DNA of 56,944 nucleotides, filler included, from Sphacelaria rigidula (taxonomy: Eukaryota): NCBI GenBank assembly GCA_964200075.2. It is 5 parts of 5 records of this genome, joined end to end, with 100 filler letters (N's around TTAATTAATTAA, not from the genome) between each part and the next. Parts side by side here need not be neighbours in the genome. Positions count along the whole stretch, not along the records: positions 1 to 11,310 come from CAXNAA020005085.1; positions 11,411 to 22,720 come from CAXNAA020005086.1; 3 more parts are not named here. One strand, 5' to 3'. The notes under the pieces were generated by a model, which was given only the letters and a program-made list of their open reading frames with translations, made no database searches and had not been told where the DNA came from. Shown here piece after piece: positions 1-12,837 of this stretch (position 1 is its first letter; every line of letters starts with the position of its first letter). Made by a program: the position numbers and the translations under genes.

Positions 1-157
1 CAAGGAATTATGACCTCCCTCGGGTTCTGGTCAAGTAGCATCGTCATGGAAGCACAACAGACAGGGCATGTGCTATGTGCGATAATACATGAACCAATCG
101 ATCCAGCATGGTAGCACCGAACAAGGCGGGTATGTATTTTGGCTTTTCACAACTTTC

Positions 158-448
158 CACACGTCGGACGAGCACGACTGTGACTCGTGGCACTCGCACT
201 CGTCGGGCTGCTCGTTGGTCGTAAAAAATAATAGGGCGAGTACTCGAGTCATTGCTCGTTGTGGAAAAGTTACTAGGGCGAGCACTCGAGTCATTGCATT
301 GTAAAAATAATTAATGACCCGAGCGCACGAGTCATTGCTCGTTGTGAAAATATGTAATGACTCGAGCACACGAGTCATGCTCGTTGTATCTTCAAAAAAC
401 ATCCACGAGTGCACTCGTTTCGACGAGTAATGACTCGTCCGACGTGTG
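158..448. mobile_element. hAT-like MITE (291 bp), probably in a dynein intron
   Basis: Perfect 15-bp TIRs CACACGTCGGACGAG (158-172) / CTCGTCCGACGTGTG (434-448). Perfect 8-bp TSD CAACTTTC at 150-157 and 449-456. Internal reiterated CGAGTCATTGCTCGTTGT-like motifs; no ORF of note. Confidence 0.9.
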
Positions 449-960
449 CAACTTTCTGTCTGTTCAATGTGCTTTACTTCAGATTATGTTACCCCCCCAC
501 GGCGCATTTGGTAGCAGCTTCCTCACCGATTTGATTTTTTATATAAATGATTTTGATCGGTCGTCGCACAGCCAGTGATCCCCGAAGGATTCAGGCATGT
601 TCATTATCCACAATATATATAGACATACTGTAGCCAATAGCCAAGGTAAACCAAACGGGAATAGTCGTTAAGGGAAATTGGACAGAGGAAAGAGACTAGT
701 CAAAGAAGAAATAAGAAAGCATCGAATAAATCGAGAAAGCACAGCAAAAGGAGAGACGAAACAGAAAAAAATGAAGAGATGGTGAAAAAACGAGATGAAG
801 GAAAAAGAAAGAAAAAGAAAATCGGAACACGAATAGTCACCCCCGATGACAGCATAAACCACCATGCCGACTTATTCCGGACGCACCACTCTACTGCAAA
901 TGGCAACACATTTGCAACAACCGCCAACGCCCTTCGAATATGACGAAAACACTACGGCAG

Positions 961-1108
961 ATTTGACGGCGTGCTGGAGCACGTGCTAAGGATAGACCGC
1001 GTGCTGCGTCAACCCATGGGTCACCTGTTGCTGGTTGGAGAGGCAGGGGCAGGGAAAACGGTTCTCAGCCGGTTCGTCAGCTGGATGAATGGACTCGGAA
1101 TTTTCCAG
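961..1108 (+). CDS. DYNC1H1: dynein HC exon (AAA4 P-loop)
   Basis: cag|ATTTGAC...TTCCAG|gt; [49 protein letters not shown]. Confidence 0.92.
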
Positions 1109-2814
1109 GTTCGGACACAAGTGCCTACATTAGGACGTTGTGCCATTCGACTTTGGGCGTCATCCTATCGTTTCACACGTCTTCCCTTATCTCTGTCCTT
1201 GAAATTCCAGCAAAGTCAGGTCGATGCGTGAAGTTTTGCAAGCGATGCTCAGCCGTTCTTTTGCTTAGATGAGAGTGAGTGGGTCAAACGCTTGCTTTTT
1301 TTTGCTCTTGTCCTAGTTTCCATCCTCAAGCCTCCGTTTGCGCAGAACAAGCCCGTAGGCTCCAGAGATAATCTATAGTATCTCTCCCCCGGTACGCTCC
1401 GTGTATTGTGGTATATTGTGCTATCGTGGGTTGAACCAGAATTACCCCACCGCGTCGACTCCCGTCCTAAAACAAAAAATGTGTTGGGGACATCAGATAC
1501 GCCTTAAAAAAACAAACCCGCACCTGTCGTCCGAACCCCCACCCTTTCGCTGCGACCGACGTGAGATGTTCCATGCACCACTCCAACCACCGGGGCGCAA
1601 GTCGGTGATGAGTGATGAGTATACCCCCCCACTCCTCTCCTCCTCACCTGCAAGGTATCCTACATATCATGGAGAGATTGTGTAAAAAGAATACGTGTCG
1701 ACACCGTGTTTTGCACCATTGTCATCCTCCCGGTTGCGCTGCCTTGGTTATTGTGGAAGACTGCCCGAGCATTTCGCCCGACCTTACCCGGCCATATGAC
1801 TCACGTCACCTGCGCTGTGCTTCTGTACCGTCCCTCTTGTTGAGTTCCTGTTAGTAGATTGATGCCGTACAGGCGCACATGACAGGCGGAAGGCAGGCAA
1901 CACGCTGTGCGCGTTGTTTAGCCTGTTTGACGTGTCTTCGTCATTTTTTTCGTGTGCTCGTTGGTGCATGCGTTTTGCTCGTGTAGTGCGCATAAACGCA
2001 CCGGTCACCCTTCTCGTGGTTTTCGAGGTCAGGGTTACGATGGTTGATGGGAATTTTTGCACGTGCGTTTTTGGTCGGCGTATACGTGAATCTACTTCCA
2101 CGGGTGATGGCAATACGGGGCTGACTCCCACAGAAAATTGGCTGCCGTGATTGCTATGTTCGTGCTCTGGTCGAAGTAGCGTGTGGGTCACACCCAGGTT
2201 TGTCAGGATAGAGAGCGGTCTCTCGTAGGCACCAAGTCAGCTAACAAGCTGGCGGTTGCTGGGAGAAAACCCTTCGTGGAAGTTGTGTTGGGGACCTCGC
2301 GACAGCACTGTTACTGTATGATCGGGTCATGATCCATCTTGTGTTCAACTGTCTTGATTGTTGTGTGCACATGCGCAGGTGAAGGCAAGCAACCGCTACA
2401 CCCTGGAGCACTTCGACCAGGACTTGCGGAGCGTGATGTGGAGGGTCGGCGTGCAGGGGGAGTCGGTGTGCTTCATCTTCGACGAGAGCAACGTGCTGTC
2501 GCCTGCTTTCCTCGAAAGGTGATTCATGTTCCTTTCCCACCTACACTTGCATTGAGACATCGGAGGAGAGGACTCAGTATGCGGGCGCCGGTGTGTTGAT
2601 TCAAGACATATTTGAGAAGCACCCGTGATGCTGTGCGGATTGTTCGAAGAAGCGTTCCGGTGACTCAGCTTCGTTTTTAGCCGCTGAACGCTGTCACGCG
2701 TCGGCCACGGAATTCTGCAGAGATGTGTCGGCCACGTAAAGAAGCCGGAAAAACTCATCACTGTAAAATTTGTCTCGTATGTCGGAAGGGTGCGTGCATC
2801 ATTCGGTTCTTCTT

Positions 2815-2849
<35 letters not shown>

Positions 2850-5800
2850 TTCCGCACATTGGCCCGATCTCGCGAAACTGTGGACACAGACGCAGGCTCG
2901 CCTTTCCAACACCGTCTCTGTTATCTCTTATAAGACATATTAGGTTTAGTAGGACTGCATTTATTTGAGCACTCACATACATACACAAAGTAAGGGTTCT
3001 TGCAAGGACTCCGTAGATTCGCGTTCCGAAGAATACGAGTAGAGGTCACTCATCCCCTCGGGCAAATTATCTCAGATTTAGGATGTTCACATAGATCGAA
3101 ACCCATTTTTTGAAAGAAGAAACAAGAAGCGTCTGACTTTATCTCTCTCTGATGAGGTGGCTAGATGTACCAGGTTCTAGTGTATGGAGCCCCATTGTGT
3201 AGAAAAATCCTATCCGATGGGCTCACCGTGCGAATGGGCATAAGGTTGGACGTACGTGTGGTGCACGAGTACTTTAAGTGCACAGGATGTACACACGGTT
3301 TTGTGTTGCTCCGCCGTTCTTCTGACTGTACGTTTGTTCATCATTGTTTCGTGTGCGCGTGCCTGCACATGTGTGTGTATGTAAATGTCGGAAAATCAGG
3401 ATGAACGCGTTGCTTGCCTCGGGTGAGGTGCCTGGCCTGTACGAGGGTAAGGAGCTGACCGCCCTCATGGCCGGGTGCAGAGAGGCTGCGCAGAGGGACG
3501 GCGTTTTGGTGGATTCAGAGGACGAGCTCTTCCGCCGATTCACCACTAAGGTATGCCGTTTTAGTGTGTTCACCTTCCAATCCAGAAGAGCGCCAGAGAT
3601 ATGGCGAGCACGAAAACATTTGCGAAGAGATGATGCGCCTTGAAGGACTGGTATTTGCAGGGAGATTGAATCCATCCAAGATAAGATGACATGTAAATTA
3701 ACTCCGTTGAAGATCCGAAGTTCATCTTAAACCGACTAAGTAAAAACCACCTCAACTGCAAGCGTTGTCTCCGAGACATATATCGATTAAGTATTTCAAT
3801 TTCACAGGGTTACCATACAGTACCCATTCTCGACATCGTGCGATCAAACACACGTGGGCATGCACCGTCCATGCTTTCCGCAATTGTGCACGTGTTTCAT
3901 CTGTTCACCGCGGATCGCGGACGCGGAAAATTGCCAATCGTTCTGTGAGACGCGATCAAAGTGTCGCAATCCTTCACGCTACTGCGGTTGTTCTTGGCGT
4001 GTGCTAATCACCTCGCCACGCCTTATGTTGACTGCTTCACCAAACTGGGTTCGTAGTTCGTACTGATATGCCCTGCTCTACAACGAACGTGATATTTGAA
4101 ACCCATGTACGTATTATAGTGTTCATTTTATCGTTTCGCGGCAGTGCTCGTCGTTTGGCATCATTTTAGGCATCTCCGCGCGCTTTTTTCGTGTGATGGC
4201 ATGTCTACAGTTGCTCGGTGTGGGCGAGATTTGGCGTGAACTGCAGCGCAGAGAGCGCGCGACAGTTGTCGTACTCACAGCTGTTCTCATCTTGACTGTA
4301 TGTGTTTCGTAGGGTTTGACGAGAAATGCACGTTGCACTGACGAAGGAACTGGCGTCGGCTGCCGACGATCATAAGTTCGTTCGGTTGTTTTCTACTTCG
4401 TTTGTGTTTGGCGTACTTTTGGATGTATTCGTGGTGATATTTTGTTTAGTTGATGGTGTCGTTTTATCCTCTTCTGGTTGTCTGTATGTGTAGGTGCAAA
4501 GAGGACTGCACGTGGTGTTCACCATGAACCCGGCATCGGAGGGTTTCGAAGGTCGATGCGCTACCTCTCCCGCGCTGTTCAACCGCTGCGTCGTCGACTG
4601 GTTCGGCACATGGCCTACCAAGGCGCTCGCACAGGTGATGAAACCAACTTGGCTTACTGGACAGATTTATGGATTTTCGCTTGTTGACTCAAGAGTATCC
4701 GCTTCGAGTCCACCCATGGTGACAAGGTGAGTAGACTAAAAGACAAAGATGAAGCAAGAGGAAACGGATAGGGTGAACTGAAAACGGAAAAGAAAGGACG
4801 GTGCATTTATAGGCATTGATCCGGTTTGGACCCCCAGTGCCACCTGCATGTTGTTGACATCTTCGACGACGGCTACAGCATACTATTTTTCAGAACATAT
4901 CTACCGTGTACGACAAACCTAATTCCCTCCCCTCCCCCAACTCCCAAATTCCTACTAAGCGGTATGGTACAGGTACGCCTCAGTATTTCAGCAGTCGATG
5001 CCCGCAGGTGCCCTGACCCAATCGGTGCTGCAAATACTCTTAAAACGCAAGGTTCTCCCCGTTTACGGCACCCTCCCCAAATAATATCTGGTGATGAAGC
5101 GCGTTGTAGGTCCATCTACGAAATGTCATCCATGAGATCTCTTCGTATTGAGAAGTGTCGCGCGGAGCACTTACAATTTCACCAAATAGTTTTGGCGATG
5201 GTTACTATATCAGTCATAGTCAAGACCGATGTTATGATGATCGTTACAGTTAGTTGTGAGGCACGCTTGAAAAATCTGCACTTATTTTGCTTTCAACCGA
5301 TACCCCCAGTCAGTGCGGAGTAGTTAGTCCGGGTACCGTAATCACCCTTGAAATGCGCGATACTCCGGGTTGCGGCAAGTTGCCTCAACTATGTTCGGAG
5401 CATTCGCTGTATTTACACCCCTCATCACCCCTCTTCCCAAGACCTGTTGACGGAAGAGCATACACGTTCATGCACCATTGCAAAGCGGATGGGAGCGTCG
5501 GCCAATATTTTCATATACCTACGGCAAAGGTTGAGTACACGTTTACAGCTCCGTATGGAGACAGAAGAGTATGTTGGGGCATGTAAAGCGTATTTCGGTC
5601 AGTTCCGAATCGACCACATGTGAAGCTAATTTCCCAGTAGATTGTTTGGAGTGTCCCCTCTAACTCGATCACCGGTAATTTAATGTTGCTCGATCATTGT
5701 GTGAACACAGCGATATCAAACTGGAAAGGCAAAACCCAACTTTCAAAATTTTATCAGTTTGCTTGGGGAATTGACTCTTTTCATAACCTTGTTGTTTCTC

Positions 5801-8800
5801 TGCGTTTTTAGGTCGGATACGAGTTTACATCTCACGTGGACACAGGGGCATCGAACTGGGAGCTGGACAAGGGTCACCCCCTGATGGATGCTCTGGAGGG
5901 GCTGCTGGAGGATGACATACTCACGCCCAGGCATGCGCTTGTCGCCGCCCTTGTCGGCATTCACGGGTGAGTTTGACCTCAGGAGTTATGCGCGATGCGA
6001 AGGCTTCAGCAGTTCAATGTATTGTCATCACGTCCCGCACACAAGCCCACGATGTCGTTGTTGGGTGGTGGTTCGTGGTTTGGGCGGACGATGGGGCGGT
6101 CGTATTTTTGCCCTGTTGTGATCGATAATGGTGATGATCGATAATGGTGATGTCATCCGTTTCTGTTCGTCAGTTTGTCTCACCGCGTTTGTTGTCGTGG
6201 TTCATGCAAGTGCCATACACATGCAGTGAATGCGATTCCTTCGTTTCATGCGAACCACATATTCATTCTATTGAAGTCATCCGAGCCATGCAAGCCACGC
6301 ATTTATCCTGGCCTGTCTTATGTCTTGTATGTCTTGCTCCAAATTGATCGATCGGGTGGTTGATTTATTTTCTCGTATCAGGTCATCGGCCACGAATGCG
6401 GTCGTTGTCACGTGGCAAAATAGCCGTAGTATATAGTATACAATGTGAAGGTGTACGCGGCATCAGACCACACGTGGAGTGGGGTGTAAGGATTATGACA
6501 TAATATTGAACTATCAATGTCCAGCGAACCCATTCATACATCCAACCATCCGTTCCTGCTTGCATTTTTTGAAGAGAGCTTGTACGTAGATTCTTGTAAA
6601 CTGCGGGCCCACACCTCCGAAACAAGCCAACAGCAACCGAGCGGGAGAGGGGAGGAGGGTGCCACGCATATCGACTGTGTTATTGTCCCCCACATGGCAG
6701 TGGTACGAAGTTATCACCCCTTGGAAAAAAGTCTCGCTGTGGAATATAGGCGGTGTCACGAATGTTGTGATTTGTGCCGGTGATGCTCGAAGCTTGCTTG
6801 AACGGCGGTACGCTTCGCTGTCAGCTGATGATGCAACTTTGAAGTGAAGAACCGAAAAATACTCCGAAAAAAAGCTCCAATTTTGCACCGGATACTTGGT
6901 GTGCGGGGGGGGGGGGAAGACTGACGTTTCTGCACACACACGTCGTAGTTCCGCACAAACGTTACCCATCGTTCACAAGACTGTCAATTGAACTTTGTGT
7001 GTTTCTGTCTGTGATTTTGCAGGTCCGTGAAAGAGGCAACGGCGCATCCCCCATCTCACGCTTCCGCCGTGCAGCACTACGTGTCTCCTAGGGACTTCTT
7101 GGGACTCATCCGTGCGTTCGTGGCCTTGGTGAACGAGAAGCGGGCTGGCCTGGAAGATCAACAGGTGAGTCTTTTTTTAAGGTCGCCCAACTCCTCTTCT
7201 CCGTGTGTTGGTTTTGATTTATTTCCAACATCGATGTATATAACCGTTTTGTTATCCTTCATCCATTTGTTGCTCTATGTTGTACGTATGGTTTCGATGT
7301 TCCACTGCGATTCCGTTATCTCCGTACCCTGGTGTGCACCCGGTGATCACGAGTCTGAGGCATCGGGCTACTGTGCCTAGTAGCATGTAGGGACACGCCC
7401 AAGTGGCCTTGATCGACAGGCGGTGGTCGGTCCCGTAGCCCATGATAATGATATGATGTTTATCGTACTCATCTTTGTGATGACCTACTTGCGGTCAACG
7501 GCGAGATAACCAGTATATTTTTTCGGCTATCGTCACTCCCAGTGCGCCTGTACGAAACTGTTTGTTGCAGATTCTTGAATTATCGACCTTCGTCTGTGTA
7601 TATGTACACCCTTTGTGTCCCCTTTTCTGCTTTCTTAATTGTTCATTATTCGGACTGCTGTGCAGTAAACAGCTTTGCATGCCTAGATCGATGCCTCCTT
7701 CCTTGCAGACCTTGATGAGAAACCTTGAAGCTGCACGCTAAAACTGTACTTGGATGTATTACCCAAATCATCCCGTGTACGCCATGAAAGGAAGTGGTGT
7801 GCATCCATTTTGTGTCCTCTTGTGTGGGCAGTAGCTCCCTCCGCTGTGTGGTGCGTAGCGCGTATCTTGACGGTCAAGTAAAATGTTTTGTGTTGTTCGT
7901 TCTTGGGTTACGTCCCTTGCCTCTGTTGCGTGGGCATGGGAATGTGCAGCTTCACATCCACCTGGGTCTGGACAAGCTGCGAGAAACGCAGGCGGGCGTG
8001 GCGGACATGCAGAAGGGCTTGGCTCAGAAAGAACGCCGTCTGAGGTACGTGATGACACACAAGGAGAGTCATCCTCCAGTCGACGTGTTGTTACTGACGT
8101 CATGTTGCGTATGTCATTGAATTTGACCTCCACTTTAGTTTTTTTTTTCGACTTACGCTCATCTTGACTATGAGTGTGCGCGCGTACTTTTGATTCTGAT
8201 ATTTTTATCGGGACCAACTTCTCGTGCTCGTATTCTTATTTTGTTTTATTTTTCTGTGTCTTCTCCCCTTGTCGAGTTCCCCCCAGCAAGTGTTTGTGTT
8301 TGATATAACTTGGGTACGTCTATCTTGTGGACAATGACCACGGCATCAAAAAGTCACATCACATCACATCGCATCCCTTGGCTATTAGTTAGTGTGCGAT
8401 AATCAATCATCAATCAATGCAGTAGCCCACTTGACGTGATCCTGGCGCCTGTTATGCTCCACTTGAGCGACATCTGTATGATATTCAACTGATTCTGGAT
8501 ATTGTCACTTGTGCAGTTGAGTTGTGGTGCTGCTAATACGCACTAACAGTATTGTTGAATACTGAGCTGTGCTGCAGTTTATGTCGAAGCGTGGAACTTT
8601 GAGGTTGCACTGTGCTGGAATCGTCTGCGTCGCATCGATTTGGACTCTCGCAGAGAGAAGGATGAACTGGCAAACGCCAAGCTCCAGCAGATGGTATCGG
8701 GGCAGAATGAAGCTGAACGACGTAAAGGGGAGGCGGAGAGCATCAGCCAAGATCTGGAGCAACAAAACAAGCGCATTGCTGAACGAAGGCACCAGGTATG

Positions 8801-10809
8801 TACCACAGCTTCCGGTGTATGGGACCCATGAATTGTACGCTATGTACCCCCTAAATGCAATTTCGGGCCCCAAATAGTTATCACCCGGGTCACATCCACC
8901 GTAACCCACGGTGTCTGTATTTGTGACCGCTTTCATCGATGTTGATGAAAGGATTATGCATTTCGCCAGGGTCAGGAATGGTATAGTATCTGAGTTCGGT
9001 TCTCGACTGTGGCTGGGTTTTCAGTGGACGCCCACCCTTTGCATCAACCCCCCGCGTTACTGCGATCTTGCTGTGGCTTTGCCGGTGGCAGCTTGTATTC
9101 CCTCACCACTTCATTGATAGTAGGGTGGCGTGCAGTGAAAGAAGAAACGCATCGTTGTCATGAATGGTGGCGTCATGCTACACTATTGGGTGCTTCGCGC
9201 TGTATGTTGCAGCATGTCATCGTAGCACCGTTAAGAAGCAGCGCAAGTCACGAAGTATCTCGGACCGCGACCACTTGTTGAGGGTATTCGTACGGGTAAT
9301 CAAGCGCTTTGCTCACATGACTTCAAATATAGATGGATCCTACACAGACACCGTAGCCAACCAAATCAAATACCAATATACTGATATTTTTATTTTTGTC
9401 ATTACTGTTGTTTTCGCACATTAGTTCGATCTCTCGAACCCGTGGTCACAGAACGTGGGCTCGTCTTTCCAATACCGCCCCTGCTATTCCTTACAAAGAT
9501 ATACTACAATAAACAATACATGACAACCAGCCGTTCTTATTTTAGTATGGGATGTACATTTTCGATAGCAGTTCGAACCAGAGCAACTATTTGCATAAGG
9601 ATTTGCGTAAAGTTTCTACGCGAGACGTGTAAAGTCATCCGCTGCGGCTCGTTTGTGTCAGCGTTGAGTGTTTCCCGCACACGGACGGCATTGCTTCGAA
9701 GTCGTCGTTTCAACTATCTTATTCGTTTGGTCGACTCTGAAATTGGACAGGCCGAGACCGAGCTTTCCGAAGCAGAGCCCGCCTTGCTAGCCGCCCAGAG
9801 CAGCGTGCGAAGTATCAAGAAGCCGCAGCTGGACGAAATCCGTACGCTCACCCGGTAAGCGCTCGATCTCATGAGCTGTGTTTCTCCTCAGCATCCATTC
9901 GTTTCGTGCCCTTGCATAGTTCCTGTCGGAAGCTGATGGTACCATCGTTGATGCGCTTGTTTTACATGGAGTGGTATGCGTATATGTAGCTTTGGTGATG
10001 TGGTGACATGACACTGATAACGGCACCCGAGGGAACAAGAGGGCACCCTTGCAAAGCACCATTTCGGTCGGAGAAAGACGAGACAATAAAGTAGTAGGAA
10101 GAGAAAGCAAGAAATAAGGCAAAGACAATCCTCTTATTTATGCATGAGCTTTATTACGTCGTATTTCGACGGGGTTGGGGGTTGGTGGAGCGATACGCGG
10201 TACCGCTACAATTGTCTACAATGATACAGCCCTTGCAAACCCTGCTGTTCGAAGCGAGGCGTTCAGTAGTTGTTGGTATGGGTCCGCATGTTCCAGGACG
10301 TGCGTACCATATTTGAGGTATGCCGGTTGAGGTCCGCGTGAAGAAGACACACCAGGATAGCTTTGTTGGTGTGGTGATGTCATACAGCCAGCCACCTGCG
10401 TCGATCAAGTGGCTTGGTGTATAATGTAGTCTAAAGCGAAGCCATGGAACAATCCGTACGTTTTTTGCTCGCACGAAATGACGCGAAAGTTGCTCCGTTC
10501 TGAATATACGACTACGCCTGTCAACGTGTCAAGGTCCCTTCCTTTGACACGTGAGATTGGTATGGCTGATGGATCGATTTGCAGGGAAATACTCTCGATC
10601 TACGGTTAGAGTTCATCCTTAGCGGAGGACCGTGTCGTTTTTGAGTCCCAAACACGGGCCAATCTCATGTTGCGCATCATGCTTTGGTGTCATTCTTTCT
10701 TCTTTTTTTTGCTGAAATCTTCAGTCCCCCTCCGGCTGTTCAGACCGTGCTGACGGCTGTCGCTATCATGCTTGGACACCAGGAACCCACGTGGTCGGAG
10801 GTTCGAAGG
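961..10809 (+). CDS. DYNC1H1: Cytoplasmic dynein-1 heavy chain, partial gene (10 exons; AAA4, stalk coiled coil 1, start of microtubule-binding domain)
   Basis: Exons 961-1108, 2379-2518, 3400-3550, 4494-4634, 5812-5966, 7023-7164, 7950-8044, 8654-8795, 9751-9854 and 10725-10809 are all AG/GT-bounded with compatible phases. Translation includes [27 protein letters not shown] (Walker A), [71 protein letters not shown] and PPPAVQTVL, colinear with cytoplasmic dynein-1 HC. The gene runs off both contig ends. Confidence 0.96.
2379..2518 (+). CDS. DYNC1H1: dynein HC exon (AAA4 Walker B region)
   Basis: cag|GTGAAG...GAAAG|gt; [46 protein letters not shown]. Confidence 0.93.
2813..2850. repeat. (ATT)n microsatellite, intronic
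   Basis: Imperfect TTA/TCA trinucleotide run read directly from the sequence. Confidence 0.9.
3400..3550 (+). CDS. DYNC1H1: dynein HC exon
   Basis: cag|GATGAAC...ACTAAG|gt; [50 protein letters not shown]. Confidence 0.93.
4494..4634 (+). CDS. DYNC1H1: dynein HC exon
   Basis: tag|GTGCAA...GCACAG|gt; [47 protein letters not shown]. Confidence 0.94.
5812..5966 (+). CDS. DYNC1H1: dynein HC exon
   Basis: tag|GTCGGA...CACGG|gtgagt; [51 protein letters not shown]. Confidence 0.9.
7023..7164 (+). CDS. DYNC1H1: dynein HC exon
   Basis: cag|GTCCGTG...CAACAG|gtgagt; [47 protein letters not shown]. Confidence 0.92.
7950..8044 (+). CDS. DYNC1H1: dynein HC exon (stalk CC1 start)
   Basis: cag|CTTCAC...CTGAG|gtacgt; [31 protein letters not shown]. 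Confidence 0.92.
8654..8795 (+). CDS. DYNC1H1: dynein HC exon (stalk CC1)
   Basis: cag|AGAGAAG...CACCAG|gtatgt; [47 protein letters not shown]. Confidence 0.92.
9751..9854 (+). CDS. DYNC1H1: dynein HC exon (CC1/MTBD junction)
   Basis: cag|GCCGAG...ACCCG|gtaagc; [34 protein letters not shown]. Confidence 0.93.
10725..10809 (+). CDS. DYNC1H1: dynein HC exon (MTBD)
   Basis: cag|TCCCCCT...CGAAGG|gtgagt; [28 protein letters not shown]. Confidence 0.92.
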
Positions 10810-11242
10810 GTGAGTAACGGAAGGAACAGCGAAAAAAAAATCTTCCTCCGCTCTTCTTTGTTGCACTTTCGTAGTCATCTTCCATATCTCTGGCCGTGTC
10901 CTGCCGGTCATACTCCGATGGCAGTATACTTTTACTCTCTATGTAGCTGCCTTGAAGCAGGATTGTTTTCAGTTCTTGTGCTTGCGAAAATGACTAGGTG
11001 TAAAGCTCTCGGCCCGATTTCGTCCGCATTGAAACTATTGTAACCATGTACTCACGATACGTTAAACTCTTGGTTTCAAGATGCTCCAAATAGTATCTAC
11101 ACGAAAAGCGGGTGGCAATCACCTTTATCTGGGGAGGGGGGGTAGTCATGGTCTTGTATATCGATAGCCATGCGAGCTTCGACCTGGCATCCTCACAAGC
11201 CGGTACCGAGCACATCGAGAATTCGCTGGACCACGCTCGGGA

Positions 11243-11310
11243 GGGGGGGGACGTACGTACTCATTTGTTGCTTGCCTTAGTCGTTCGACCATTGACCACA
11301 CATCCCTCTC
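11243..11310 (-). mobile_element. 3' end of LINE family A, truncated by contig end
   Basis: Reverse complement reads GGGATGTGTGGTCAATGGTCGAACGACTAAGGCAAGCAACAAATGAGTACG plus a C-run, matching the copies at 21046-21118, 21780-21850 and 23940-24050. Confidence 0.85.
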
Positions 11311-11410
11311 NNNNNNNNNNNNNNNNNNNNNNNNNNNNNNNNNNNNNNNNNNNNTTAATTAATTAANNNNNNNNNNNNNNNNNNNNNNNNNNNNNNNNNN
11401 NNNNNNNNNN
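11311..11410. other. artificial contig spacer N44-TTAATTAATTAA-N44
   Basis: Six-frame stop linker flanked by 44 N on each side; identical at all four junctions. Confidence 0.99.
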
Positions 11411-12615
11411 CCATACTGCGTGACAACGTTGGAACCAAAAACAAGCGCAACGCAAGTGTCGAAGGATGTCTGACACACTTATGAGCCTCTTATTTCGTGC
11501 AACCAAACACCCCCCTCCCTATCGTAGGATGGCTCATGCGTACTGTATACAGTCCGTCTTCATGTTTTGAACCTAAAAAACACTGCAGAACTGCTGGGTT
11601 GTCTTGTGTTCAGTGTAGTGCCCTGTACTCCAAATAATGGGGTTACGTTTTGAGCAGTTTTTGAAAAGTTCTGCTTGTTTTTTGAAAAGTTCTATAAAAG
11701 TTCTGCTTGTTTTTCTGTCACAGAAAATCCAACGCCGAATCTGGAATAGCGCGAGACAACAGCCAATTTGAAAATTAGAATTATTCGGCCCGAAGCTTAC
11801 TGATTATCTTGCATTTGGATGACAGCCTCGAATGAATGGCTTCATTTTCTGTTATCGCCGCTTCCAGAGGCAGCCACGGCTTATGCCCTGCTACCTCATG
11901 GGTGTCTCACCAATTATACTCAACGTTAATATGCCCAAGATGACAGCCCGGATTGACGGACCCGGGTTGTGAGTGAGAGCGTCGGGTCATGCACAGGTGG
12001 TGACAGCATTTACGACAGAAACCAATCGAGTATCCGGCGTAGTAGTGCGTCATCCTCCAACACTTTCTGCGTAGACCGGTCGGCCGCCTTTATTTCTGTG
12101 CCGATTCACTCCGCATGAGGAAAACCCTTCTGGCTGCTCTGTTTGGCTTGCCAGGAGGAAGGCTGTACGTGTTCGTCATGGGCCTCTACAGCGATGGAGG
12201 ATACATGGCGATCCGTCTCGCCACTGTTTGGCCTAGGTTTCATTGGCTCTTGATGATGCCATCGTCCACGTTTGGGGGAAAGACGAAACATAGTCGTTGG
12301 TCCATCAAAAGCTGAAAAATAGCTCCAAAAATAGCGTTCGTCTCGCGTGCGACCCCAGTCAAAATGAGAATAAGACATAACCTCATCTACTTTCTGCCCC
12401 TTATCAAGGACAAGAAGACGGTCACCACCCTACAATTCAGTCCAGCGCAATACTGTGGAACGCCGAGGAGAAACGTGAAAAAAAAACATCAGAATTTCCT
12501 CTCTCACAACACGGTATTTCACAAATTGAGGGTGGATTTTTTATTGAGGATGAGAACCCGGAGAGTGCAAAACTCCATCCTCACGAAATCTTCGACTTAT
12601 AGTTCCACTCCTTTC

Positions 12616-12837
12616 CCTACTGGTAGCTGTTGACAACTACTACACGCCATACAAATTTGGATCCTGATAATCGACATGTTGGGGTCTTCGGTGAAGAAAA
12701 AAATTTGGGGAATTTAGATGACTCGATCAGATCGCCGAAATTCCCCAAAATTGGGTTTTCACCTAGGATCCCAACATTTCGGTTATCGGAATCGAAATTT
12801 GTATGGCAAGTAGTGATTGTTAATGGCTACCAGCAGG
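12616..12837 (+). other. 222-bp imperfect foldback (candidate pre-miRNA/hairpin RNA, or MITE)
   Basis: Left arm CCTACTGGTAGCTGTTGACAAC...GGGGAATTT pairs without indels with right arm AAATTCCCC...ATTGTTAATGGCTACCAGCAGG over about 105 bp. The loop is tiny (near 12722-12730). The foldback is certain; its function and strand are inferred. Confidence 0.6.

Noticed and set aside
11355..11366. TTAATTAATTAA palindrome repeated four times in the window
   Set aside because: Artificial six-frame stop linker inside N padding.
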